Assembly (NCBI GenBank): GCA_976551045.1
Contig: CDPCPM010000281.1
Span: forward strand, 9,610,001 to 9,674,000
Source: Glaucostegus cemiculus
Taxonomy: Eukaryota
Direction: 5' to 3'
Length of the DNA: 64,000 nt
Below the pieces are notes generated by a model. The model was not told the origin of the DNA, did not search any database, and saw only the letters and a list, made by a program, of their open reading frames with translations. Each line of letters starts with the position of its first letter. Position 1 is the stretch's first letter. Shown in pieces: positions 51,200 through 63,700 of this stretch. The position numbers and the translations under genes were made by a program.

Positions 51200-51640
51200 C
51201 ATCGTACGGGACTTCTGTGGTTCACAGTTCCTCAAGTGCACATTCAAGCACTTTTTAAATGCGGTGAGATTGTTGCCTCTAACACGCCTTCAAGCAGTCA
51301 GCTCCAGAACCCTGCCATCCTCTGTTGGGGGAGAGTAGACCTCAAGTCAATTACTCTGAGTCCCCTGGATTTGATCCCTCGGGTAAAGGAAATGGGTTCT
51401 TCCTATTTACTGTATACAGGTCCTTCATAATGTCATACACTTCAGTTAATTTTTATGTTAATCTCTCCTGTTGTAAAGAAGACAAGTTTTATCTATATAG
51501 TTTTTGCTTTTGCTCTTGCTAAATTTGTCAGTTCTGCCTTAAAATTTTCCTCTTTGACATATCCTCCATTTCAGTTGCATGTTTTGTTGAACCTGGTGAG
51601 CAGAATTCTGTGGTGTGCATTACAATTCTAACGTGATCCA
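51200..51640 (-). mobile_element. CR1/HER1 3' portion, degraded
   Basis: gcactttttaaatgcggtgagattgttgcctcta...ctccagaaccctgccatcctctg...ccttcataatgtcatacacttc. Confidence 0.75.
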
Positions 51641-51694
51641 TCTGCAAAAGGGAAGGTTGAAAAGTGATGCTCTGAGCCACTGTGATTACTGCGG

Positions 51695-51729
51695 CCCTCC
51701 CCTCCCCTCCCCTCCACTCCCTTCCCTTC
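51695..51729. repeat. (CCCCT)n simple repeat; G-quadruplex motif on the minus strand
   Basis: ccctcccctcccctcccctccactcccttcccttc. Confidence 0.85.
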
Positions 51730-52307
51730 TCTGAATAGTCTGGAATTCATTTCATCTGGATCTGAACACTTACCCAGAGATGTAAACACCATAAATTATT
51801 CCTTCCTTACTCTCCCCCAATTTAAATTCTCAAATGCCACAGTGGGAATTGATGTCCCATTTTAAGATGATTTTTCCAGGCCAGTGTGCTGCCTGTTCCT
51901 TGTACAGTACTTACCCTCAGCTTGGTTACACCCAGATAAAGATGTATTGCTTTATTGGTTCTGCTGGAGGTAGAACCTCTGATGGAGGGTGTGAACCTGG
52001 TGGAGTTGATTGCCTAATTGTACAAGTCAGTAAAACAACCCTTCAGTCCACAGCGCGTGTAGACCCTTGCTAAGTAGGCACTGGAGAATGCCTTGCATTC
52101 AGAACATTTTGCAGACAGACAATTGCATGTTCAGCTGGTTGTTATAGTTCTATCCACAGTTCAAATATGCAGCAGAAGTTATGGGATCACTGAGCAGCTT
52201 CTGTAATGATTTCCCTGTCTTTCACCATCGACTCCCAACCCATCCCCAATTTAATACTACTGCAATTAAGAGTAAAATGCTACAGTGACAGTTGTATGAT
52301 TGGCCTG

Positions 52308-52390
52308 AGAGATAATGATGGAAATCTCAGCAGGTCAGGCAGCATCTGTCAAACATAGTTACACTTTCAGGTTGATGATTCATCAGGTGT
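52308..52390. mobile_element. Penelope-derived fragment
   Basis: ggaaatctcagcaggtcaggcagcatctgt...tttcaggttgatgattcatcag. Confidence 0.65.
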
Positions 52391-53804
52391 GAGTTTGGTC
52401 AAGGTTTCTCTAGATGCTTGATAGTATATCTGTTGCTATCCTGGTGGGATTCTGCTATTTACAGTTTTCCAAATTGTGACCTATTCACAGACCTAAATGT
52501 CAGCTTTGACTGGGGAGAGGGTAACATGGTGACACAACCTTCCTTTTCCTTTCACAGGCTGTCACTTTGTTGGTTACATTCCCAGTTCTATGACGTTCTG
52601 TGCAAAAGCTGTGGAAAATGAGAGTTGACAGGAATTTCAGTAAAAATCCAAAATAATTATCTGTAATTAATGGAGAAACAAATCTTACAAAATAGCTGAA
52701 AAAAATACTTTTGTTGCACTGTTGGCGCTGCTGTTAAATCATTAAGTGGCTAGTCGTGCTGTTAAAAGATATTGGCAATCGTCAACATTTTCCTGGTATA
52801 AAATTAAACTTCATGCATTATTCATTAGTGTAAAATAATTGAATTCAGGGCATGAGATATGAAATAATGCAACAGCTACAATTTATTGTGCAGTGTCTTT
52901 GTATTTTTGCATTCCCCTACCTTTGCTTTTTTTTTAACCATTCCTGGCATTGTCTGGCGCTGTTCCTGTGAAGCCACCTTGCCATGTGTTCCCAAAAGGC
53001 ACTTTTGAAATCCAGGTGGTCAGGCTGAGCCTTGCTTTTAATGGATGTGAAATTCCCAAAACCAAGTGCAAAATTTGGCACTGGCCTGTGGCTGAAAGGA
53101 AACACCTTGTTCAACATACTTATGCTTTTGTTACGTGGTGACCAAAGCAATTCTTTTCAATAACAGTTCTTAACAGATAGCAAGGTAAAAATGCTGCAAA
53201 AATAACTGGAGCCTCCCATTGTGTGAGTAAGCATAATGGCCATCTTGGACATGGAGATGTTTTGAACCTTAAGGTTGGTGAAGGCGGTGGGTTACGTGAA
53301 AGCGTCGATAGTATTTGCCACACAATTAACCTGATTTTCATTGAACTGCAAGACTGCTGAATTCAGCCTAGTTTTATGTCACTGACGGGAATAGACTGAG
53401 ACTAATCCTTTATGTTGCTAGCTGATTAAACACATCTCAACATCAATGCCAAAAGAAAATGCTTTCTGTGAGTTATTGTGAGTGTAATCCTTTCAACTTC
53501 ATCTCACAAAATCAAAAGCATTTGGGATGATTTTCCTTAAATGATTGCTTTTCACTGATACCACACAAATATAGTTATGCTCAGTTATTTTTACAATGTA
53601 TGGTATAATAGCAGTTGTAGTATGAAAGAGTAGTTTAATTCTGTCACATTTTTAAACAATGTAAAACTATTCCTCCATGCAAGGCAATGTTTGCTGGCAT
53701 ATAGTACCACGGGGACCAGCAATGCTCAGTGTACTCTCAGTCTTGGAGGCCTTTGAGAATAATCAACGACAGTAGTCTGCATGCCTCTACATAAAGAGTC
53801 ACTG

Positions 53805-54170
53805 CAACAACAACTTACATTGTGCCTTTAACGTAACAAGACATCCTTAGCAATATTACAGAAGCATTACCAATAAAAATATAACATTAGACCACCTCAG
53901 AAGTCATTGAGGCAGAATACCAAAAGCTTGGACTAAAGATAAGGGAAAGACTTGAGTGGTATCTGAAGCACTTCTGAAATGTAGCCACCATTGCAGAGGA
54001 GGAAAGGTGGCTCCCAGTTGGTGCAAAACAAGCTCCAAAATATAAACAATGATAACAGAGCCCTACCCTCTAAAATAGTACCAAGGGATCTTTTATATTC
54101 ACTGTAGTTAGGGCCTTGATTTAATGCTTAATCTGATGGTGGGTTGAGCTGTGTTCTTTCTGTTGACAAC
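53805..54170 (-). mobile_element. L2 tail plus DeuSINE remnants
   Basis: caacaacaacttacattgtgcctttaacgtaa (antisense L2 tail); aatagtaccaagggatcttttatattcac (antisense Deu domain). Confidence 0.6.
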
Positions 54171-54189
54171 GGAGCGTTGTGATTATGGT

Positions 54190-54530
54190 ACAGTTATGTT
54201 CTACACTGCTGACCAGATACTTTCCTCTGGTGGGGTGCCTGAAATGAGGACCACAATATCGTGGCAAGATATTTAAGACTGAGATGATGAGATGTGTCTT
54301 CATTCAGAGGGTGGTAAACCTGTTGAATTTTCTGTAACAGAATGAAGATGAAGTTGTTGAATATATTTTGGAAGGAGACAGAAATCCACACATAAAAGGC
54401 ATCCATGCACATGAGGGGAGAATGGAAATATGGTGTTGAGATGCCGATCAGCCATGATCGTGCTGAGGGTGGAGCAGGCTCAAAGGGCTGAATGGCCTCC
54501 TTCTGCTCCTATTTTCTGTGTTTCTATGTT
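54190..54530 (+). mobile_element. HER1/CR1 LINE 3' end
   Basis: ttcattcagagggtggtaaacctg...gatcagccatgatcgt...ggtggagcaggctcaaagggctgaatggcctccttctgctcctattttctgtgtttctatg. Confidence 0.9.
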
Positions 54531-56097
54531 ATTGTTTCAACAATGTCCAGAAATGTAGAGCATTAAATCATGCATCCATAATTTTAGCAAATACACTGTG
54601 TATAGATTGAACACTGCAATTACTGAGTATTAGATTTTAGAGAAAACATTAGCTGCCAAGATTTCCATGGTAAGCTATAAGCTTGGAGGTTTACTTCACA
54701 TTCTATCTGAATAAACTGCTCTGTGGAAACAAAGGAGAGCCTAGAGGATTAAAGAGAAGCATAGTCTTAAGAAAGTTGCCAGCTAATGCAGCTAAGTACA
54801 ATGTTGGTACTGTTGATTGATTCCTCTTGCTGGTTCAGACACCAGTAATTGCAGTTGATAATAGTTTAATGGATCTGAGTGTTAACAAACAATGTCTTTA
54901 ATAGAATGTTGTTCTCCTGACAAAATAGGAGTATGCGAACACTAACTTCAAATTGAAATGGATTTTGAATTTCTTCTGTATTGCACATTATCTCAGGATG
55001 TGTATGGTTATTAAAATTTAACAGCCAATAGAATCTTTTTCCAGCTTTGAAAATTTAGGAAGAAGCAGCGTATTTGTCACTGTGCTATTTTTACACTTGG
55101 GACAACTAATTATTCTTACTTCCGCGTGACTGTTATCAGTCGTTTTCTTGTACCTGTCTTATCTGGATGGTTCATTTCTAATGTCTGAATTAATTACAGA
55201 GTTATAGATAGATTTTGCAAGTTGGCAATTGTCAGATAAAATCCCTTCATAGAATATTATTGTTAGAAGGCAACTGATGAGCTGTTTAAAAAGATACTTT
55301 CAGTTAAGAATGGCCTTGGAGGAAGGGCAAAATAACTACTTTCTCTGCTCCCATATTCTCAGCCCTGGAAGAGCAAAGACTTCAATTTCTGTAATCTTGA
55401 GGTGGAGTAAATCCAAGATGTAGTGTGGCCTTTATTTAATCTCTTGTGTAGACTACATAGCTGTTGGCTACCCAGCAGTTTTATTTGAATCAATATGTTG
55501 CATTTTACTTGTTAATTGAGCTAAAATTAAATGGCTTGAGACTTAATTTGCTGCAATGTGGGATTTTGCAAAAACAAAAAAAATTTACATCTCAAGGTCC
55601 TTCAGAAGATAATGATGTAATTCATAATGATACTGAGATATGTTAGGTATTAGTGCAAATGCAAGTAGATCTGAAGGGAAGTGAGAGGTGGAAATGCTTA
55701 GGTAGGGAGCACAAGAGCTTAGAGCTCAGGCATCTGAAGAAACAACTGCTGTTCATGGAGTAAATAATTTAGGGAAATACAAGAGGCCTGACCCAGAGCA
55801 AGCAAGAGATTTCATAGGTTTGTTTGGCTGGAGGAGGCTTCAGAGATGGGGAGTGGGTGAGATCATGGAGGGATTTGAAAGAATGAGAATTTTTAAATTA
55901 CATTATTGAGCCAGAAACCAATGGAGATAAATGAACTCGGCATGATGGGTAAGCAATGTGAGTTGAGATATCATCCACAGAGTTTAAGGCAAACACAAAT
56001 TAATTTAGATTTTAAAAAATGGGAAGCTGGCCAGTAAAGCAATGAAGTAGTCAGCACTAAAAGATGTTAAGGAGCTGGAGTGGGCAATCGTAATATA

Positions 56098-56179
56098 CGA
56101 TAAGAGATAAGATATCTTTATTAGTCACATGTACATCGAAACACACAGTGAAATGCATCTTTTGCGTACAGTGTTCTGA
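56098..56179 (-). mobile_element. 5'-truncated tail of a young V-SINE subfamily
   Basis: Near-identical to the tail of 56479-56740 (tttattagtcacatgtacatcgaaacacacagtgaa...tcttttgcgta). Confidence 0.85.
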
Positions 56180-56478
56180 ATGTGTGATTTGAAGCTTATC
56201 TTGGTGCCTGGCAAGATTTCAAGGTGGTGAATGGTCTGTTAAGCCATCAGACAGGTGCCACATAGCAAGAAATAGAGGGAATGGCTTGGGAACACCGTTT
56301 GTGCTGCGCGCCAACATTGGCTTTTTGTCTTTCCAGTATTTTGTTGGACAAAAACTTATTCTCATCCAGTACTGGATGCTGGATAAGCTGTGTGGCAAAT
56401 CAGAGATAATGGAGGTGATGGCTGGTGGTGAGAGAGCTGCGTATTGTCAGCATGCATATGGAACACTGCTTTGTGTTC

Positions 56479-56740
56479 ATAAGACAGGATATCTTTTTAT
56501 TAGTCGCATGTACATTGAAACACACAGTGAATGAATCTTTTGCGTAGTATTCTGGGGGCAGCCCAGAAGTGTCGCCACACTTCCGGCGCTAGCATAGCAT
56601 GCCCACAACTTCCTAACCCGTACGTCTTTGGAATGTGGGGAAAAAACCAGAACACCTGGAGGAAGCCCACACAGAAACAGGGATAATGTACAAACTCCTT
56701 ACAAACAGCGGCCAGAATTGAACCTACGCTAACCGCGACA
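56479..56740 (-). mobile_element. V-SINE (HE1-like head and body) with a non-HER1 tail
   Basis: ctaacccgtacgtctttggaatgtggg...tacaaactccttacaaacagcggccagaattgaacc; the head has an internal deletion relative to 12961-13230. Confidence 0.88.
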
Positions 56741-57247
56741 ATGATGTTTCCAAGGAATGGAATATAGGTAAGAAATTGAATAAATGGAGGTAAGAAGGAT
56801 AGGTCCTCAGAAAGCACCAGAGATTATGCAGCAGAAAAAAAATAAGAATGGGTCAAGTTAGGGAAGTCCTATCTCACTGGAAGAGGAGAGGTGTTGGCCG
56901 AGTTAGGTGTAGACAACCATCTCAAATGCAGGTTGAGTTCACTTTCATTTATCTCTGTCTGATGAGAACAATGATCAAGCTTGGTGGGTTAGTTGGGGGG
57001 AGGGGGTGAAAAAAATAAAGACTGAATTTCCAATATGCAAGTCGGCTATCAGTTGTAGGGAACTGTACACATTTCCTGAGTCATACCTGTCCTTTCAGCC
57101 TTAACTACGATACAGGGTATTGCAAGAATATTTAGAGGTTTTGACTGTGCCCAAATATAGGCAGACATTCAAGTTAGTAACAATAGAAATTTTAATGTTG
57201 TTGAGTTTAATGAAAGCTATTGTTTTTGTTTCTTAAGATTCACCCTT

Positions 57248-57620
57248 GATTCAGATTCAGATTAGTTCATTGTTATAAACACCAGGGTGCAATGAAATTC
57301 CTTACTTGCATGAAGCTCACAGAGTAAACAGCATACATAGTAAAAATAAATAGTGATGAGCGCAATGCAACAGAATGGAATCTGAAGTAGTGAATAAAGA
57401 AATGCTAAAGTGACAATAACGGAATAACCGAGCGAGCTAGAATTAAGAGTCTGAGAACATGGCAGCACCACAGGGAAGGGGGTGTGAAAGAGGTGATTTG
57501 GTTCCAAAGTTAGTGGTGGGGAAGAAGGTGTTCTTAAGTCTGGTCGTCCAGACTTTCAACCTCCTGTATCTCCTCCCAGGTGGTAGAAGAGAGAGAAGGG
57601 AATGGCCAGTGTGGCCTCTT
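57248..57620 (-). mobile_element. Rex1/Babar LINE 3' end
   Basis: ORF 57443-57640 HTGHSLLSLLPPGRRYRRLKVWTTRLKNTFFP matches the Rex1 C-terminal motif HP.H.LF.LLPSGRRYRS...TTR.K.SFFP; gattca-repeat tail. Confidence 0.85.
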
Positions 57621-59129
57621 CCACCAAAAATTCTAAACAAAAGAATTGAAGTATTCCATTTTTAATAGTGAAATTGCTTTGAGTTTCTGACACCTCAAGA
57701 AATATGTTGCATGCCTCTGACCTCTGAATTTTGATATTGTCATTTGCTGATTCATTTGTGTAGAATCTGTATCTGCACTGTACTACTGCATCTGTGTTTA
57801 CATTGTGTAGTAAGGATGAGTGAACAAGGCATGGTTCCAAATTTCTACTCAATTCAGTTCAAATAACTCACATCCACTCAAGCTTAATTTAGATCAAAGC
57901 CATTCAAATTCTTCAGGCATTTGCTGTGTCGCACTCAACAGTCCAGGTAAAACTGGCTTGGTTCCAACAACTAACCTGCTTATCATAGTACTAGTTGAGA
58001 GAACAGAGGAATCTGCCAGATTTGAAACAGAATCCAGCCCAAGTACATTGGGTTCACTCAAGGAAGCTTTGCTCTTTTGGCTGAGCTCCGTGCTTAGATG
58101 TGTGATAACTCACAATGCTCTTTGTGTTGTGAGGCAGCATGAGGACAGCTTATGCATGTTCTGATGGAATGCAAATGTGCGTGCTGTACAAAGAGTACAT
58201 CATTTGGACTTTGGCAAGACTACTAGATGCTGTCCGGCAGGTTGCACATCCGTTTACCAAAATCAGCAAAACTCATGGGTTAAAGAGGTGCCCAAATTAT
58301 GGTTATCCAAAGTCTTGTGAAGCAACTGCTGGAAAAATAGCTAAATCCATTTCAAGAAAGGCCGTTTTCTTCTGTTTGTTGAATAATGGTGTTCACAACT
58401 TGATGAAGACTGGGAAAATTCTTTCACTCTTCACAGCGCTGCTAAGGTTAATTTCAAAGTAATTTATGAATTTGACCATAGTACGTGGTAAAGAGTACAT
58501 AATAGATTTCCATGGATGATAACAATGGATGGATTCCATAATGGACAGTCAATCTGTGACATACGTTTCACAGTTGGTAATAAGTTTATAATCTGCTCCT
58601 ATATCAGCCATTAAATAATTTGAGCCTTTATCTACAAAATGCACTTAGGTTGGGGGATGGAGGGAAATAATCTTTGTGCTGCTGGCTAAATTTATATTAA
58701 ATCATTGTGGAGCATGTTATTACTATCCAGTAAACCATTCACTGTCTTGTGAGGGGTATGTTTACATAGAATATACATTACAGGATTTGGCCATTCAGCC
58801 CAACTAATCCAGACTTGCAGCTATTTTCTGCTTGAGCCTTGCTAAATTTAGATAGTCATTCTGAATCAGTCTGAGGACAACTAAAATCCATACCATTCAA
58901 AAGGCTTGGACCAGAAATACATGTAACTGTACCTACTCTTGGCCAAGTAGTCAGGACTTGGTGTAACCACATATTCTTACAAGTGGCTCATGTAGACCAT
59001 AAACTGCATCAGCCACCTCAAACCTGAAAGAGATGTCTCCCATAGAGTGCATTGCTTTAGAGATCAAGTCATGGGTGTTTTTTTGTGGAATTTTAAAGAT
59101 TTCCAACAGTGACTGAAATGGTTTCTTTG

Positions 59130-59410
59130 AAATGGCTACCATTTTCTCTTATACCCCTGCTCTTTGTCAAAACCATTACTTTTCTTCCTAATTCCCCTTT
59201 GAACACTGCCTCTGAATCTGTTTCCACCACCCAAGAAGGCAGGATATTTCAGAACAAAACAATTAACTGGGTAAAAAATTCTTCTCGTCTCAGCCCTCTT
59301 GTCTTTTTTTGCCAATTGACATCAATCTGTTTTCCATCATTATCAACCCTCCTGCCAATAGGTGCTGTTTCTCCCTACATCTTCCATTAATATCCCTCAT
59401 AATATAAAAT
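59130..59410 (-). mobile_element. CR1/HER1 3' fragment
   Basis: aattcccctttgaa...tgaatctgtttccaccacc...ggcaggatatttcaga...tgggtaaaaaattctt. Confidence 0.75.
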
Positions 59411-60539
59411 AAATGGAATTTTGAATGTCTAAAATAATAGACTTGCTTTGTGTTTTATTTCTATGTGGCTATTTAACTATTATTCTTACTAATGTGTGTA
59501 CTGTTCAGTGCATCAAATGATCATCTCTTGTGATTGCTGCCAAAGCCATCATAAGCAACGCTACACCTTTTCTGTAGCTTTTTATTGCTGGTCCAGATCT
59601 TTGCAAATTCCTAGCTTGACTGTCCTGTCCTGTAGTATTGTTCATTCACTTCCTAATGATGTGCAGGTTGCCACCAACACAAACATTCCCACAACTACCC
59701 ACTTCACACTAGATTCACACTTTAAGTGAGGTGATAATGAACTCAGAAGAAGAACTGTGCCTTTTATCCCCTCTCTCTCTCCCTCTCCAGCTCCACTTCA
59801 CACCCAGTGCTGAAGGGGGTGAGGGTTGAGATTGGGGGATTGTGCTTCCACAGAATAAACACAACTTTACACCTGTGACTTGGCAACAGGAGCCGCGGGC
59901 ACAACACTTTAGTTTCCTGGGTAGGTGTGATTCACACTGGATCAATTTGTCATCATACTAAATGAAAACTAATTACTTCCTTGGGAAAAATTTCTTTAGA
60001 ATTATACCTAGTTGTTGGCAGTCTCTGCTGAGACAATGCAACAGAACCTGATGTGGGTTGGGAGGCTAAAGCAAGATTGGTTGTGGAAATAAACTCTTTG
60101 CATTTTAAACCTCTGAATGGTGATAATTTAATCTGAATCGCCTTTCATTTGAAACATGTAGTTCCTGAGAGATCTATAATATAAATAAGTGGCATCAATT
60201 TTATTTTCTAATGTAAGATCTAATCTTGCAGATCAAAACTTAATTTTTCTTTATTGTAATAAAAATAATGTGCTAAAATAGATAAATTATATAAGAGCAA
60301 CATCCTTTCTATACAGAGTGGCTTCAATAATCAATACACAGATTATTATTTTATGGCTATATGTTTTTGCAGGTGGTTATTCCAACAGTGCAGTCCCAAT
60401 CTCTGCATACCAAGCCACCTTATTATTTTCCCTTTCCTCTATTTCCTCTTCACACCCATTTCACAGAGATCCAGGTTGAACAAAACCTTGATTTTTCATG
60501 TTGTCTTCCTTGTGTTCAAATTCTCCATGACTGTGCTCT

Positions 60540-60815
60540 TTCCCTTCTAACCTCATCCACAACCATCCAAGATCTCTCCATTGAATCCACTTTGGCCTCA
60601 TGTCATCCATAGTCTGGCTACTGTTGGTGCCCATGCCTTTGGTTGTTTTAAAATTTTTTAACTCCCTCCCTAAAACACTTTACCCCTCCCTTCCCTTCTT
60701 TGTTGCTCTTTAAAACCAATTTTATCCCCAAGCTTTTGGTCACTATTTCATGTTGTGCTCCTGTGAAGCACTTCTGGGTAATTTACTTATTTAAAGACAA
60801 TATAGAAATAGATGT
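60540..60815 (+). mobile_element. L2 3' end, degraded
   Basis: ctgttggtgcccatgcctt...actccctccctaaaacact...gctcctgtgaagcact...ttaaagacaatatagaaat. Confidence 0.7.
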
Positions 60816-61014
60816 TTATGACTGGTGAACATTCATATCACCTTCTCCAGTTCTTCCATTTGTGAATTAGAGTGGGGTTAAGTTGGCCCAGACATTAATG
60901 GAATGAGCATATCTTGCTGGATGGAGATGACAGCTCTGATAGGAACCACCAACTCTCGAAATGTTAGTAAGTTTCAGACTTCTCCACCTACACCGTGGAA
61001 TTCAGGAGTCTGAA

Positions 61015-61350
61015 ACTTACGGAGAGGCAGATGGTGACAGGTTGTCATTCTGCTACATTGCTGATCTACATCTGGGATCCAGTAGTGGAGCCCAATCTCG
61101 CTGGGGAATCGCCTGTCTGAACCCACATCAGGTCAGACCTGGTGTAGGACCAGGAACCCCATTTATTTCACTGGGGGTTCCACACCTGCGGATTTGAAAG
61201 CACTTATTGTTCATTACCTTAGTTCAGTTTAATGCTTTTAAATATATCTGTGATTTACTGTTTTTAATTACTCTAACAAAACTAATATCTTTTAATAATG
61301 CTTTTAATTTTGTATTTGTAATGGTTTTATAAATGACTCTGAATGTCATA
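61015..61350. repeat. Unclassified old interspersed repeat (related to 34470-34870)
   Basis: Colinear similarity to 34470-34870. Confidence 0.5.
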
Positions 61351-61671
61351 AATACACTCTCACCTTTGACCCAAGGCAAAGCTCCTCCCCCCAGCTTTCT
61401 CTTCCCTCAAAGCCCATCTCAGGAATTCCAAGCTCTGAGGCCCAGAGGCTGCTGAGATCTCGTCACCTGAGTCGAGTATGCAGAGGGTAATTGAGTTTGG
61501 CCCTGTGCATCCAGCCAGTGGATTAGAAGTCCACTCTTCCAATGGAGACATTAGATCACAAAGGCAGTGTCTAATATTTGAATTGTGGGATTGCCCTGAT
61601 ACAGTTGGTGAAATGTCTGCTGCTCATCAGATTCTTAAAACCCTTTTGATTTGGGAAGCATCAGAAATAAA

Positions 61672-62010
61672 AAGCTGTGCAGTTATAAATGCGATTTACA
61701 CAATATCAGATCACTTGAAAGCAGGTTAAAGCCAATGGTATACTTCTGAAGTGTGGTCATTGTTGGAATAATGGACGTGCATTTGCCAATTTGTGCAGCA
61801 AATCTCTGCAAGCAACAATGAGATATAATGCTTTCTGTTCTTGCTGAAGGAATATGGATTGGCCAGACTCTTGTGGATCTTCCATACTCCTTTTTAAGAA
61901 ATTTTCAGAGATACAGGCAATGAGGTATTGGTGGTGACTGAATCTTCACATCAGCAGCAGTTCAAACAGCTAGGGCTTTCAACTATTCCTTCATGTCATG
62001 ATCAGTTTTC
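61672..62010 (-). mobile_element. Degraded DeuSINE
   Basis: agccaatggtatacttctgaagtgtggtcattgtt...gccaatttgtgcagcaaatctc...ttggccaga. Confidence 0.7.
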
Positions 62011-63544
62011 ACTTATTCTGTGATTTCTACTGAAGTGAACATATCCACCAGCAAAGCTGTTACAAAAATGTTTAAATTGTTGAAAAAACATATTGAGCAG
62101 ATAAAGTTGTTCAAAATCCAGAAACCAGTCAGGACCAATATAACTTTTACGTTCAAGCACATGAAAAGAGTTTCATGGAAGTAGTAAATGGACATAATTT
62201 TGAGAAACTTCTTATCAGTTGTTAGGGAGCGATCACCCCTTTCAAGATAGCTTGAAGAAATGGATCTGGCTGATCTGGGTAACAATAAAGCCTGATGTTT
62301 ACAAAGCTCTGCTGGTTTACTGTAGCTAAATTGGTTTTAAGTGCTTGATGTAAAAAGTTGGCTCTTGATTCTGAATCCTTTCATAGAAATCTATTGTCTC
62401 TTTAGTGTTTGCCATTTCATTATCCAGGAAGTGGTACTTCAGTGAAGGAAGAGTAAGGGCCTATCTGTCTGTCAGATAACCTGATAACATGCTGTAGGGG
62501 GCTTTCAAAGTCTTGCTTTTCACAGTAAAGGCATTAACCCACTGATAACAATCTTGTCTAAGTGTGGCTGATACCCACCATCAGCTTCAACTGATGGGTG
62601 ATCTTATCATTGCCTAGAGTCCCATTTGTGTTTTCTTTTTAATTTAAAAGTCACCATTTGTTTATTTACTGTTCTGCCATTGTAATTGCATCTGAAAAAA
62701 ATCGCACCTCCTGGTGCACCCCTCAATCTTCTAAACCATAGTCTATTTTGACATTTCAGGTGAGATGTGTGATTATATTTTCCACTTCCATTTAATATTT
62801 ATAAACAAACCATAGTGAAATCTGGTCCTAACTTTTTACTAGTGTCATTTGATTAAATGCATCTAATTCAAGATAAAAACGAATTACAAAAGCTCTGTCA
62901 TCTGAGACAGAGCTCTTTCCCCAGCATGCTGTTTGTATTTGCATCAATTGTCAGTGGGAGATGAAAATATTTCTATTTGAAGATGGCTCTGTTTTACATT
63001 ATCCTGGTTGCCATCTTTGAAAGTGAAAGCCTTGTTTGTTTGTAACAGAAATATTCTGCTAGCAATCAAGAAAAAGTTAACACTGGGTCAGAAGGTGGTG
63101 AGATGTTAACCAAACTAAAAGCAAATAGCTTTGTATGGTTTACTCTTTCTTTGTCATACTGCAATCCAGCTGTAAATTGATAATGAAAGCTAACCTGTGG
63201 TTGTAAAGCGAGCAGTTATCTCTGTGTTCGTTAAGGCAAATCTAATCATTTAAAAGTGATGCCTTGTGTTAGTGAAAAGACCAAGGCTTCATGTTGAACA
63301 CAAGGAACTGTCTATTTTTTTACAACACTGTAGGCAGCCAGAGTGGAAATGATAGGGTGAGTTCATTGTCAATCACACTTGGTGAGCACACAGCTGTAAG
63401 TGACTGAGATTGATTTTAGGTGCAGAATTTATTTGTAGTTATTCTCCAATGTGCATTTTTCTGGAGAAATTATTCAGATTCTACTGGGATAAGTTGTAGT
63501 TCGTTTCCTCTACTCTTTAAAAAGATTACTGAACAGGACATGAT

Positions 63545-63700
63545 TGAAAAGAAAAACATGGCAGATGCTGGAAAACTGAAATAGAACACAAAGGAGGAAA
63601 TGCTCAAATGGTGAGGCAGCATCTGTGGAGAGGGAGAAAAGATAGCTAATGTTGCATCTATTTATTTCTATTTCCTGGCCTGCTGAATATTTTTGTGGGC
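63545..63700. mobile_element. Penelope-derived foldback element
   Basis: gcagatgctggaaaactgaaata...ggcagcatctgtggagag...ctggcctgctgaatatt. Confidence 0.65.

Larger units (their letters stand above)
55660..57000 (-). mobile_element. L2 LINE fragment interrupted by two SINE insertions
   Basis: ggctggaggaggcttcagagatgggg...catggagggatttgaaa..gagaatttt; gagagagctgcgtattgtcagcatgcatatgga (antisense of the YADD region). Confidence 0.75.
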
